This document shows positions 11,399 through 22,817 of a stretch of 64,000 bases of DNA, piece by piece. Position 1 is the first letter of the stretch. Every line of letters starts with the position of its first letter. The notes under the pieces are model-generated. The model saw only the letters and a program-made list of their open reading frames with translations. It had not been told where the DNA came from and ran no database searches. A program made the translations under genes and the position numbers. The stretch covers positions 372,001 to 436,000 of the forward strand of contig OZ361258.1 of assembly GCA_977018835.1 (NCBI GenBank), written 5' to 3'. The DNA is from Minutocellus sp. GHC0000111. Taxonomy: Eukaryota.

Positions 11399-12709
11399 TT
11401 AATCTACGGCGTCGTTCACCTTCTTCACAATGCCTCCCACGGTGCGAGTGCAAAGCGAGAACCTAGCACCTTCTGCCGCCCCACCGGCGCGTTCCTCTTC
11501 CAAGATCTTCACCAGCTCCATCAGAACTTTGGCACTGCCCTCGGCGTTCGTTGTTCTGGAAACGTGACAATCTTTCAGTCTGTGTGGGACCATTGTGGCA
11601 CATTCCGACACCGAGATGAAGGGTATTATTGTGTGCTGTTTCTCGTCAACGACCCCATCCTCCTCCTCCTCCTGCTTCTTCTCCTCGTCGATCCTGCCCA
11701 AAGACTGCGTGCTGCCAACACTGCCAATCGGCACACATGTGTTGGACGTACATGTGCCTCCACCGCCGCCGTGCCACAGAGTCAACCCGGCATCGTTCCC
11801 CGCCGGCTGGTCCCCGAGCGCCACGGTCCGTCCCCGTCGGACGACGTCGGTGCGGATGAGGTACCGCACGACGTGGGATTTGTCCATGCCCGCCGGGACG
11901 CAGTCGTAGCACGATCGGCCGGTCGGTTTGCCGTCGACCGCCGGGCGCAGGCGCTGCGGAACGTCAAAGTACCTCCTGCCCAAGGACGAGGGGACGCCGA
12001 CGAACACCACAAAAGAATTGTTCTCCCGTACCTCGATTCGGGGCACGGCGTGCACATCGTCGGTGATTGGAATGCGATGGTGATTGTGTATACCAGTTCC
12101 ACCCTTGGCTGTCTCCTCGGCCTCCTGGATCTGTTTGGCGATGTCAATCAAATATCCGAGCGGTCCATCCATGTCGACCATTGCGGGGTCATTGGCCAGG
12201 TCGGCATAGAATTGTGCCAATCCGCGCCGACCGATGGCTACCAATTCCTCGACGGCGTCGTCGTCCAATCGCGTCGGTGTCGATTCCGACAGGTGCGAAT
12301 CGAACGCCACGTCGCGCAGCGGCCGCCCGTCCTCCCCGCGGCCGACGTACAGCTGCGATCCCGTCTGGACGGCCAGCATCACCCGTCCGCCGCGGCGGTG
12401 GCGGAGGGGCAATTCGTCGAAGAATCGGCGGCGGTGCGTCGCGAGCCGGCTGCCGGTGATGCCAACGACCGTGGCGCCGAGGTCGAGCAGGCGCACGAGG
12501 GGCCGGAACGCCGGCCCGTCGCTCAGGCTGGGATGGACCACCGCGGGCATGGGCCGGCCGTGCGGAGGAGGAATACTAGGAGGAATGTCGTCGTCGTCGT
12601 CGTCATTCGTCGTCTTGGACGTGGCCTCAGTGCTGCTGCTGTCTTCTTGGACATTGTACGGACGAGGGAGCAAAGTTCCGTCGAGGTCGGCCAGAATCGT
12701 GATGGCCAT
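11399..12709 (-). CDS. HAD-superfamily hydrolase (subfamily II-like)
   Basis: ILADLDGTL motif I, ITGS motif II, DK and ALGDQPAGND motifs III/IV. Confidence 0.78.
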   Translation of the reverse strand: MAITILADLDGTLLPRPYNVQEDSSSTEATSKTTNDDDDDDIPPSIPPPHGRPMPAVVHPSLSDGPAFRPLVRLLDLGATVVGITGSRLATHRRRFFDELPLRHRRGGRVMLAVQTGSQLYVGRGEDGRPLRDVAFDSHLSESTPTRLDDDAVEELVAIGRRGLAQFYADLANDPAMVDMDGPLGYLIDIAKQIQEAEETAKGGTGIHNHHRIPITDDVHAVPRIEVRENNSFVVFVGVPSSLGRRYFDVPQRLRPAVDGKPTGRSCYDCVPAGMDKSHVVRYLIRTDVVRRGRTVALGDQPAGNDAGLTLWHGGGGGTCTSNTCVPIGSVGSTQSLGRIDEEKKQEEEEDGVVDEKQHTIIPFISVSECATMVPHRLKDCHVSRTTNAEGSAKVLMELVKILEEERAGGAAEGARFSLCTRTVGGIVKKVNDAVD

Positions 12710-13296
12710 CCTGCGCTCAAGAAGATGTCTGATCGATTGATTCGATTGCTTCGATTGCTTGTTGGTGGCGATGGATAGACTAACAAACACGGAGACGGAA
12801 GTAAAAGCAAGGATGGCTGGTTCATTGGTTTCATGGACCAACACGAGCGCCGCATAGATAGCACGGGAGCGATCGAGCGAGAGGCACAGCAGGCCTTTCG
12901 GGTTGCTACACTCTCAATCTTTTATAGGGGCTCTTTTCATCTCATCTCGCTCGTCATCTCGCAATCAACTCAGCTGAGTACATAGGTACGAGTTGATCGT
13001 CATCCCCTCCTGGCGTTTTGCTTGGACTGGCCGAAGCCGGCAATGATCATAATCGTCCGCTAAACAATAGCGCCGCAGTAATCCCCCCAGATACTTTGTT
13101 GTCTATGTTTGCAGAGCCTTGGTTGGCTCTCAATTGCCACTGGTTCGGCGGTAATCCTCGCAATTTTTTTTAGAGGGCGCTGTCCATAATTTTCCCCGTT
13201 TTTAATCCCCCTTATTCTTATTTCTTATGACGAGAGAAGCATGACAAAAACTCGACCCCACCATGAGAATCGCCGCTCTGCCCCCTCTTCATTACG

Positions 13297-14526
13297 ATGA
13301 AGCGCAGCGCTGATAATAGTGCCGGCCCGGCCCACAACGCAGATACGCGGTTGCGGAAACTCAAGACAGATAACTCCGGTCGCCCGATTTTGCCTGTTGA
13401 CAAGAAGAAAGAGAAGGCGGAGGACAAAGCGAAAGACGCCGTTACCGAGATACTGGAGGGCCTCGCCGTCACGTTGGAGAACGACCCGAACGGACAAGGA
13501 CGAGAATTATGGAACAATCCCGGCGTCGGCCATGCACTTCAACATCTTGTCAAAGCAGTCGAGGCTCGCGCTGATAAGTATCATGTTCGGGATGATATTG
13601 ATGTCGCTGCTGAGCGGCCCGGCCTCGTAGTTACCAACCTGTCCGTGGCTGATGTGAAGTTGAGGCTGACGGTCGGCATCGTCGATCAATTGCAAGATCC
13701 CATGTTTGACGCCGGACCTGAATTCTTCCCTATATTTCAACTTCATGGGAAACGGATCGATATTGGATCGGCTCTTGCTGCGCACGGCCGACCTTTCAAC
13801 ACCACATCGCTTACTTTGCTTGATGGAAGCGGAAAGCTTATCGTCGCTCGTGTTGCCCTGACAATTACCGAAAAGGCCCGAAGTCTACAACAGGGCCATG
13901 TGATCAAATTGACAAAGTTCCACCGATGGCATGTGGCTCCATATGATGACATACACTCTACTGCTGGGATTGGACTAGTTGATTTTGATATTGTTGGAAT
14001 GGGCCAACTTCTGCAGGTAGATGGTGGGCCATCAGCAGCGATCAGATCGGACACGGATGCTCTTGTTGCGGCCGTTTGTGAGGAAGCCGACGATGATCCG
14101 ACGGCAGCGCCGGAGGCAGACACATTCGGTAATTGGGACGAGACCAGAGAGAGGCCACCAATACCCCCTGCTTGCTGCACTGCCGCCAACCGAAGCTGCT
14201 CAATGTACGGCACACTCTTCTTTCAGAAATGCGTCTGCGAAGAAATGCTGGTGCCGACGGAGGAGGACCTGGAGGATATCGCTGACAAATACTACGCAAC
14301 CACCATGCCAGTCGAAGCCATGGCAAATAATTTGAAGAGGAACATGCTGTATTGGTACTATGCAACTGAGGTGTATCATGTGAGAGGTTGGCTTGATCGG
14401 AAGCCCTTGCCAACCTGTCTAGTCTTTTGCATTAGGTTCATTTATCCAAATGATAAAGGTGAACGATATGTTGGATTCATCCCTGGTCATCAAGATGAAG
14501 AGGAAGAAGAAGAGGAAAATGCATAA
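13297..14526 (+). CDS. KolX-like accessory protein (P2X7 ballast-like C-terminal domain)
   Basis: 409 aa; Cys cluster CC..C..CVC followed by NNLKRNMLYWYY...RKPLPTCLVFCIRFIYPNDKGERYVGF, matching the R..LPxCxV..IR..FP...G.Y.GF pattern. Confidence 0.8.
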   Translation: MKRSADNSAGPAHNADTRLRKLKTDNSGRPILPVDKKKEKAEDKAKDAVTEILEGLAVTLENDPNGQGRELWNNPGVGHALQHLVKAVEARADKYHVRDDIDVAAERPGLVVTNLSVADVKLRLTVGIVDQLQDPMFDAGPEFFPIFQLHGKRIDIGSALAAHGRPFNTTSLTLLDGSGKLIVARVALTITEKARSLQQGHVIKLTKFHRWHVAPYDDIHSTAGIGLVDFDIVGMGQLLQVDGGPSAAIRSDTDALVAAVCEEADDDPTAAPEADTFGNWDETRERPPIPPACCTAANRSCSMYGTLFFQKCVCEEMLVPTEEDLEDIADKYYATTMPVEAMANNLKRNMLYWYYATEVYHVRGWLDRKPLPTCLVFCIRFIYPNDKGERYVGFIPGHQDEEEEEEENA

Positions 14527-14630
14527 TCATTACCTCAACACATGTAGATAACAAGAATGTGCGTAGCACATGAGTAACAGCACACAATAAATCCATTTTT
14601 ATTTACAGTGATAAAATATTTTACACGTGT

Positions 14631-16944
14631 TTACAAGCTGCCATTTTCTCTCAGTATCGCCGGCATCCAAGAGCTAACATCATTTGCCGATACACCGAAG
14701 TTTGTCTTAGCTTTCTTATTATTTCTTGCAGATTTCTTGTTGCTGCCTGGGCTTCTGCGCTTCTTTCCGGCGTAAACGACAACGTCGTCAGCATCGTCGC
14801 ATTGACATTCAGCCCGAGTGTGGCCAAGCTGCTTGCATTTCTGACACTGCTGGTCAATCTTCTTCTTGCGGCCAGGCTTTGCTGGTTTCGCCTTGCCAGC
14901 AGCTAGGGCCCTGTTCTTCTTGTACACATAGTCCTTGTCGTCTTTCTCGCTTCTGTTTCGCAAGGCTGCTCGAAGGCGCTTGCTGTCGCTCTTGCTCTTT
15001 TTGTACTCATCGGTGCGCTTACGCGCAAGGTCGCCCTCGAGCTTCCGGTCAATTGCATCGAATCCATCTTTTCGGGTAGGAGAATCCCTCGATCCCAACT
15101 TTCCAAGAACTCGCTCATTGAATTCCGTACCCAGTGACTTGTGGCCAGCGGCTCTACTTGTTGCATTTGGGTAGGCGTCTGAAGCAGTCAAATTCGGCCT
15201 TTTCCCCATCGTGAACTTCGTCACCATCCCGTTGAGCTGTTCGACGCCGGTGGTAGATTCCTTCTTGCAGTTGGAGTCGGCAGTATTCTTGTTGATTCTC
15301 TTGGTTATTTCAAGCGTCATCTTGCGAATCGTGTCGTCACTAATCTCCAATATGTCGCCATCGAATTGATTCCCCGAGCTCCATTCCTCATCGAGCTTGC
15401 CATCACTCCAATCAGGATGAGCAATGCTGAGGCGAATCCAATCACACGTGTTGGTGGTGCAAAAAGTGTGAATGCCACATTGGTGACGAACGACGGACTG
15501 GAGTTCTTTCTGAAGGAGGGCCAGATGACTTTGTTTTTCCTCCTCGGACACAGCACCATCGGGCTGATCGAGAACGCTGTGCTTGTACCGATCAGCAATC
15601 TTCGAAATGTCCTGTTTCATCCGATTGATGCGTGGTCGGGGGATGGCATTAAAATTTTCAACTCCCAACATTCTCGGCCAGATGCTCCTCTGCCACACCG
15701 GGGGAGTAGGAAGAGTTGCGATAGCAGAAGCCATCATGGTCGTACAGGGCCAGTGTCTCATCCTTGCTCATGTTTTTGAGCTCACTCGGCGTTGTTGGAT
15801 TGCCGGCTTCCCGCCTCTCCCTCAATCTTGCATTGCAGGCTCTCACGCAATAGTGGCAGCTTGCCTGAGAGATTCCCTTGTCAACAACAAGGCCAGTTTC
15901 CTTGTCTACGGCAAATACCGCTGCAGCAGAGCCAGTGCAGCAATGGCCGTAGTCGCGTTTGAGGGCGCTGCCGTCTTGGGCCACCGCAACCACCGCCGCC
16001 GTGTGCATCTCGCCGCCTTGTTCAAACTCAACAGTCTTGCTGCTAGCGGCATGTGCTTTTGCCCTATTCTCGTCAATGATTTCATCAGCTGCTTCAACGG
16101 CCGCTGCTCTGCATTTCTTTTCCACCTGTCGGGCATTCTTTTCGGTCGGATGGACGATGTCGGCCTTCGTGCAGAAATTCATGAAGCGACTTGCGTGCAT
16201 GGCCTCATCTTCCGCTGCCTCCATCAGCTCCAAGTTCATTCCAGCCTGACTTCTAGAATGCTTTCTGCCGGGGCACACAACTTCTGACCTCTGGCCGATC
16301 CAAGTGCAAAAAGAAAAAGGTTGGTTGCATCTATCGCATCGCCATTCAAATGTAACGCCGAATCCACGCCGAACTGGCTCGGCCGAGAGATGCAGATTGC
16401 CGCACGATCGGTGGAGATTCTGTACGAAATCACACAGCTGCTTCATCTCAACCACAACTCTTTTGCCGTTGAGCTGCACGCCGGTGATGTTGGGACGATC
16501 GGTAGCGTTGGCGGTGGGAGTAGATGACCGACCGCCCGAAGAATTCTTGTCGGAACAATGTTTCAGTGTCGCGTTGAGATGGGGCCCATGCTTTTCATCG
16601 TCCTGGAAGCAATTTTCAGGCATGGTCGGCAGTGATCGCTTGCCATTGCGTTGAGAGCGTGGGCTGGCGTTATCGGCTATTCTGGAGAAGCGGTAGAAGG
16701 GCTTTGCAACGTCAAGGCCTGATGTTTTCTCTGGACGTCGTCGTTGGATGTTGACCTCGTGTCGTGTTGGGACGTGTTGAAGAGATGATCGAACAAGAGA
16801 GATCTCTAAGCTCGGCGATGCGCCACCGCGCATCAAGATACGGACAAGCTCATCAATAGTGTAGTAAGTACATCTGACGTCGTCTGGGAATGAGAGCAAG
16901 AGTGAGAGGATTGCCTCCTTGGTGTTAGCACGTGATGTTTCCAT
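14631..16944 (-). pseudogene. Kolobok DDE transposase with internal deletion/frameshift at ~15660
   Basis: RRGFGVTFEWRCDRC, VAQDGSALKR (first D), C..C...H..C.RN, TTGVEQLNG (E), C-terminal CQKCKQLGHTRAEC zinc knuckle; the expected DGD/ECxNH segment is missing at the frame switch. Confidence 0.82.
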
Positions 16945-17542
16945 GGTTGTTTTTTTGTTTTGTGTCGGTTCTGGCGCAAGATGCGCTTTTCGATGAGAAC
17001 CTTACAAAAAGAACCCCAAATGAGGGAGACGTGCAAAAATACCCCAAACAAATATCCCCTTACCTCCCAACAGCAAAACTTCAAGATATCTTCCCACCAG
17101 CACCACCAATGCTGGTTATGCGTCGGCCGAGACTAATTTCGGTCGATCCGACGATGATGTGTGCGTCGACTGCCATGTTTCTGAGGGAGAGTTGATTCAT
17201 CGAAGTTCCTCTGAACCAAGTGTTCCTGGAGGGATTTCCGACTTAATGCTGAAAGGAACGTCGATGACTCTTCGCCACTGTGGAGAGCGGCGGCCTTCGA
17301 TGAGGAGCCCATTGTCACGTTGGAGTGCTAACTTTGGCGATGGTGCGAAGAAAAAACGGCACAAAACACGCATTTTGGGGGCTTCCTAAAAGTTATGGAC
17401 AGCGCCCTCTTAAAAAAGGCACATCTTGTCTTGTTTTTTGGGTTTTGGTGTGCGGGGCCGAGAGGGCAGCGCAGCGTCGGGAGATTCGTTCCTCGCGACG
17501 ATCGAGTCCAACACCGACGCATTGCAGGTGTGGGCTTGAACC

Positions 17543-20500
17543 ATGATGGGCGTTGACAATGTGCTCGGTGCAAATAATGCCCATGATTTACCAGCAATGC
17601 CGTCGTACAGCAGCATGACGGACTACGCGACCAGCCACCTCCTCGATGCGTACCACCGTCGTCTGGCCGCGACCTACTCCAAGATTGACTACACGGTCCT
17701 CCCCGTCGCCCTTCTAACCCTCGGTCTCATTTTGGTGGTCGAAATTGCCCGGCACAAAATTGATCGGCGCGCGCACGGCCGTCCATTTGCCAAGACCGTG
17801 CTGGAGCAGGTGTACCGCGAACTTTCGACCCTTGGAATCGTGGAATTTGCCATCTTTTTGGGACACACGTACGCCCCCAACTTCAATCTCGAGGTGGAGG
17901 CGGTCTTTGCCAAGGTCCACTTCTTGCTGTTCTTTACCGCCATCATCAATGCACTCATGAGCGTCATACTGTCCTTCGTGGCCAGTCACATATCGTACAA
18001 ACTTTGGGTGCGGACGGAAGAGTTGGAGCTCAATCATTACATTGCCATCCGGGAGGAGTTTTCCAGAGTCGAGAAGCTCCTTGGAGAGTATGAGGGGAGC
18101 GGCGGTACCGACGCAGCTACCGAATATCACGTCTTGACGCCGAAGCGAGCCCTTACCCGCGTGATGCAAACGCTGCGATATCCCATCCTCCGACGACAGT
18201 ACGACAAGCTGCTAGTTCAAGTTCGCTTCCACGAACTGCGGGTGCATTTCCTCGAGGCCAACGACCTCCCCCTCAAGTTCAAAGTCTCCGACTACCTCGT
18301 CAAGAGTGAGCTGCACGTGTTCAAAAAGTGCGTTCATATCTCCACGCTGGCATGGATCATGGTGGCCGCCGCCGTCAACATTGTCTACTTCCTCATGGGC
18401 ATTGTGGCCTATGCCAGTGGCAGTCAAAAGGTCGTTGGGAAGGCCATGTCGTGGATCTTCATCGGTGGATGTCTGGCATTTATTCCCATCTCGTATGCCA
18501 TCTTTCTCAAGATGCAGTGGATATTTGCGCAAATTATGAAGATGAAGCTGATTTACCATCGCAAGGGCGGCCATCATCGTCGTGATGGGGAGGACGGTGA
18601 CGATGAGGGAGAGGAGGACGATGTCGAAGATGAGGATTATGACAACTACAGCGCCAGCATCGATGCCGCTTCTCTTGACAACGACCAGTCCACCGGTGGT
18701 AGGTCGAGGCGATCCCGAAGAGCGTCGTATGTTCTCAACGTCAATGTATCGGGTCGTTCCGGGGACTCTGGACGAAAGCGGCGCAAGAAGGCGATGAGTC
18801 AATTGGACCTCTTTTGGCTGAATGATCCTCATCTTGTGATCGGCGCATTCCAATTCATGCAGCTTGGCTATTCAATCGCGGCGTCTATTCTATTGATCTT
18901 TTGGGACTACATTGATGTCTACTATGCATCGATTAGCGGAAAGTGGTTCATCTTGGCACTTGTTTTGTGTTATCTAACCTTCCTTTGGATCATGGCGCAG
19001 GTCGTGCCCAGATATACGCTTTGCACATCCCTCGGCCAGCTCGTCAACCCCTGTCGTCTTCAGGAAACATTGGCAAAATGCAAATTAGAAGAAGCCAAGA
19101 GAAAAAGGCGGCACCTCATGGAAGAGCGAAAAATAATGTTAGCGGTCGAAAAAGAGGCCCGGGAAAGGCTGAGCGAGAACGTCTCTCAGCTCCGCCGATA
19201 ACCGAGGGGCTCAAGAAACGAGCTTCGTTGGACGGTACAAGCGGTGGCGGTAGTGCCAGCCAAGGTTCTCAGGCGCCGATATTTGCCCTGAACTCGGCGC
19301 GGCCACCACCCAAGTACCAAAGAGATGTCAGCACCGATCGACTTTCCAATCACTCGCTAGAGTCCGAGAAAATGAATGAGCTCGCCAAGTTGGTTAAAAA
19401 GAGCAATGCCGACCTGCCCACCACGGGCCAATCCTTAGCAGACATCAGACGAGAAAGAAGAAAGAGACGCATGCGATCTGTGTCGGATGGCGTTGCATTC
19501 ATGAGAAAAATGGCGGAGAGAACCGGATCCTCAGAGGCGGCCATGTCCGTTCTTGCACAAGAAGATACCGATAAGACGAAGTTGCCCGTCCCCTTGACGA
19601 AATCAGCGAGTGGGAGGGCGTTGGAATCTGGGCTGTTGCCCGAACCTTTTGATCCTAGCAGATCTCGGTCAGCAGAAGATGCAATCCCAGGGCGGCGTCG
19701 TCGCTCTCGTAAAAAGTCGTTATCTTCCAACGTAGCTTTGATGCGATCCCCAGCCTCGTCCTTATTCGATCCTACTTTATCGCTGGTGACAGAGGAGAAG
19801 GACGAAGATGAGAGTCCTCTGAAACCAGCGCCCCGCCGACCTTCTTTGGACTCGGGTCATCCCACTCTCATTGAGGGCATTCCATCGAGGTCTGTCAACA
19901 CGAAGGAAAAGGTTTCTGAAGCTCGCAACAAGCCGGCTACCGCAACAAATGCACCTGCTATCATTGATAGACAAAGCAGCCACGGAGATGCAAGCTCCGA
20001 TTCCAGCATCATTGCCAAAACGGTTGGAGATATCGGAGGTGGTAGCTCTCGTGACTTGGCCGATGACATTGCTGCCGCTGGTCCCGGCGACGAAAAGGCT
20101 GGGGCCGATGATGATCAAGGCGACGTCAACGACGACGACACCATTGATACCGCCGCGAGCGACCAGAGCTTCGACATTGTTCCTGATGTTGCAGTCAGTG
20201 TCAAGTCTGCGAAGCATCGACAAGAAGAGGCGCAGACAGCGAACCATAATTTTACTGCGGACAAAATGCGTGACTTTATGCAAACACAGAGCTACCGGCT
20301 GATGAGTGGGGTCTTTGGGACTATGATTGCCTTCTTTCTTGTCGGCATGCGCGTTGAGATATTCCTAATTGAGATGGGAACAATCCCAGACAACAAGAAC
20401 ACATGGAAGTAAGTGATTGAGTGATCAGTTTGTGCTGTGCAGTCCCATGCCATCGTGTGCCTGAATTCATCTCACAGCTAGTAATTCTCTTTGACTTGCA

Positions 20501-22688
20501 TCCGCTCTTTCTTCATTCGCAGCCTTAACCTTACCGGATCATTTTGGTGGGAGGTAGCATGGCTCTCATCGTTCATCGCCATCTCAATAGCGTCAACCGC
20601 TCTATTCTTCCACGGATGCCACGACAATGACCATCTTCACCTCGTAGTTGCCGGTAGTTTTGACGTTCTTCTATCAGGTTTGTGCCTAGCACTCTTACTT
20701 GGAGCCGAAGTCCGTCGGTGTTGCGCCGATGGAGGTGACTGTTGTAGTCAGTTCGGTTCAAGGACTTATGGAGGCCTCGGTAGTATCGAGCCATGGACGG
20801 CCATTGTTGCCTTTCGTGTGTTCCGCTACAACATCGGCAGCGGTGTGAGGAGAATGTTTCGTAGGCGAGCAGCGCAACTGAAAGATGATTCTGATGCCTC
20901 AACCGTGATTGACTATACCAAGAGCCGAAGAAACCAACGGGAAGAAAAGGCTGATGAATACGGCTACACGGGCAAAGAAAACAAACATGCAGTGAAGGCC
21001 CGCGCTAACTTCGAGGCCGAAACAGGCAACATTGTCGATCTATGGAACAGTGCCATTGGCCTGTATCCTGACGTGGTGAAGCAGTACGGCGAGTTCAGTG
21101 GTGAGCTCTTGCAGGCAATGCTCGGTATTGAGATCGTCGAAGGCGCAGCTCCTCTTAGCGGCAGCATGGCGGCGGCAGAGGTACCTGCCAAGTCCCCCGC
21201 CGAGGTCGAGACAAGGCCAAGGCCGTCTGAGGATTCAATCTTTGGAAATGCTGGTAGCAAAAGAGGGAGCCACGCCACTGCAACCCTTTCCTCTTCCGTC
21301 GGCGGTGCAACGTCATCTTTGGCCGCAATGCCCTTGCCTTCGCTTGATAAAAAGTATTGCAACCTTGACCCCGAATGCCAAGGAATTATCCTCGCGGGAC
21401 GAATTGGCAGACCAGTTCGACAGAGATCCAGAAGACCACCACGAGGAAGTACCAACTCGGATGATTTTTTTCTCAACTCGCTTAGGTCCCAAGGCCCTTC
21501 CGAATCTATCCGTAGTCTGACGCCTGGATCGCCTGGTCAGTCTCCCGTACGGCGCTCTTCTGGTACCGGCGGTGGCCCTGTCTTTGTTGTTGATAAGCAG
21601 CAAGATAAAGAAGAGCATACCGGTGAGGACGAATCAATGCTCATGTTTGCGGATCCGAACGCTAGACTGATTAGAAGTATGCGTCGATGTGAGCGTCGCC
21701 TTCCGCCCATGCTGAATGAATGGGCAGTTGTTGATGTTGTTATCACAAAATACGAGATTGTTTACTTCGATGCCACGGACTCGACGACCTCGGACCACTA
21801 CCAAGTGCCACAACTGCCGCCACTGAGGTGGATGCCCTCGAGCTCCAGCATAAACGTGATACCGTTCGTCAGGCACTGATTGCCACAAAAGGCGGCAAGG
21901 GCCTCCGCTTGCGGGATATTGCCCTCGGACGAAAGATTGTTGGTCATCTAGAACTATCGGAAATTACAGGCATCAAGGTCGAACGATTTTCGCCTCTACC
22001 TCACAAGGAGGACGAGGGTCTTCCCGATGTAGATTTAGAGGATGGATATTCCATGCACCAAGATGAGTACTGGCAAAAGACAAAGACCCCAACTGCCCAT
22101 CGTGCCCGCCAGCATAGATGGAAGCACGCCATGGAGGACAGGTTGAAGCTGGTTTCTACGCAAGGCGATCTCTACCTACGTTTCTTTACCGACCTCGAAG
22201 AATGGGAAAACAATTCATCACGAGCTGGCAGCGCTGGATCGGACATTGTTAAGAATCAGACTCTCCTTTGGACGCAGACCATCGGTAGACTCTGTGGCAC
22301 AGACCAACTGCAGCAAAAGCTTCCCCATCTAGGCGATGATGGCAGCGCCGAGCTCCTTGATTACTTGGAGTTTCTGAGCCGAGAATTGGACGATGCCGAT
22401 GGACCCTCCACAAAGACAACACTTCACCGAAGGCTAAGAAGCCGGGTCAATCTGCAACAACTTGGAGAGATGATGCGTATCGATGCAGCAGCGCAGCAGC
22501 AGCCTTCCGGAGATGGAGGTGTTGCATTGGGCGTGGCCAGTGGCCAGGAGAGCGCTCCGTCACCGGGGGCGTCACTGAAGAAACGATTAAGACGAAAGAC
22601 GTCAGGCGCCGTGACCTTTGCAGATGTCGTCAAAGGTGAAGAAGGCGCTGCCAAAAGCGATATGAAAGTAAATGGCGACGCAAGTTGA
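17543..22688 (+). CDS. Very large polytopic membrane protein with MLO-like N-terminal region
   Basis: VYRELSTLGIVEFAIF, multiple TM helices, LFWLNDPHL. Three ORF blocks joined by intron 20409..20522 and two apparent 1-bp losses (~19164, ~21802); about 1,680 aa. Confidence 0.65.
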
Positions 22689-22817
22689 TGAGTCGGAGTA
22701 GATCTACTAGCCACCGTATTATAGAGAGGAGGAATTAGAATAAAAGACGTGATAAAATTATAGCTAATAATACAATTTATTGAAGGTGAGCTAAGGGGTG
22801 ACCTCGTCCGCATTTAT

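Larger units (their letters stand above)
13173..17409. mobile_element. Kolobok-superfamily DNA transposon (non-autonomous deletion derivative)
   Basis: TIRs GAGGGCGCTGTCCATAATTTT / AAAAGTTATGGACAGCGCCCTC; flanks TTTA and TTAA; RR...YY termini; two convergent genes (KolX-like and DDE transposase). Confidence 0.88.
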
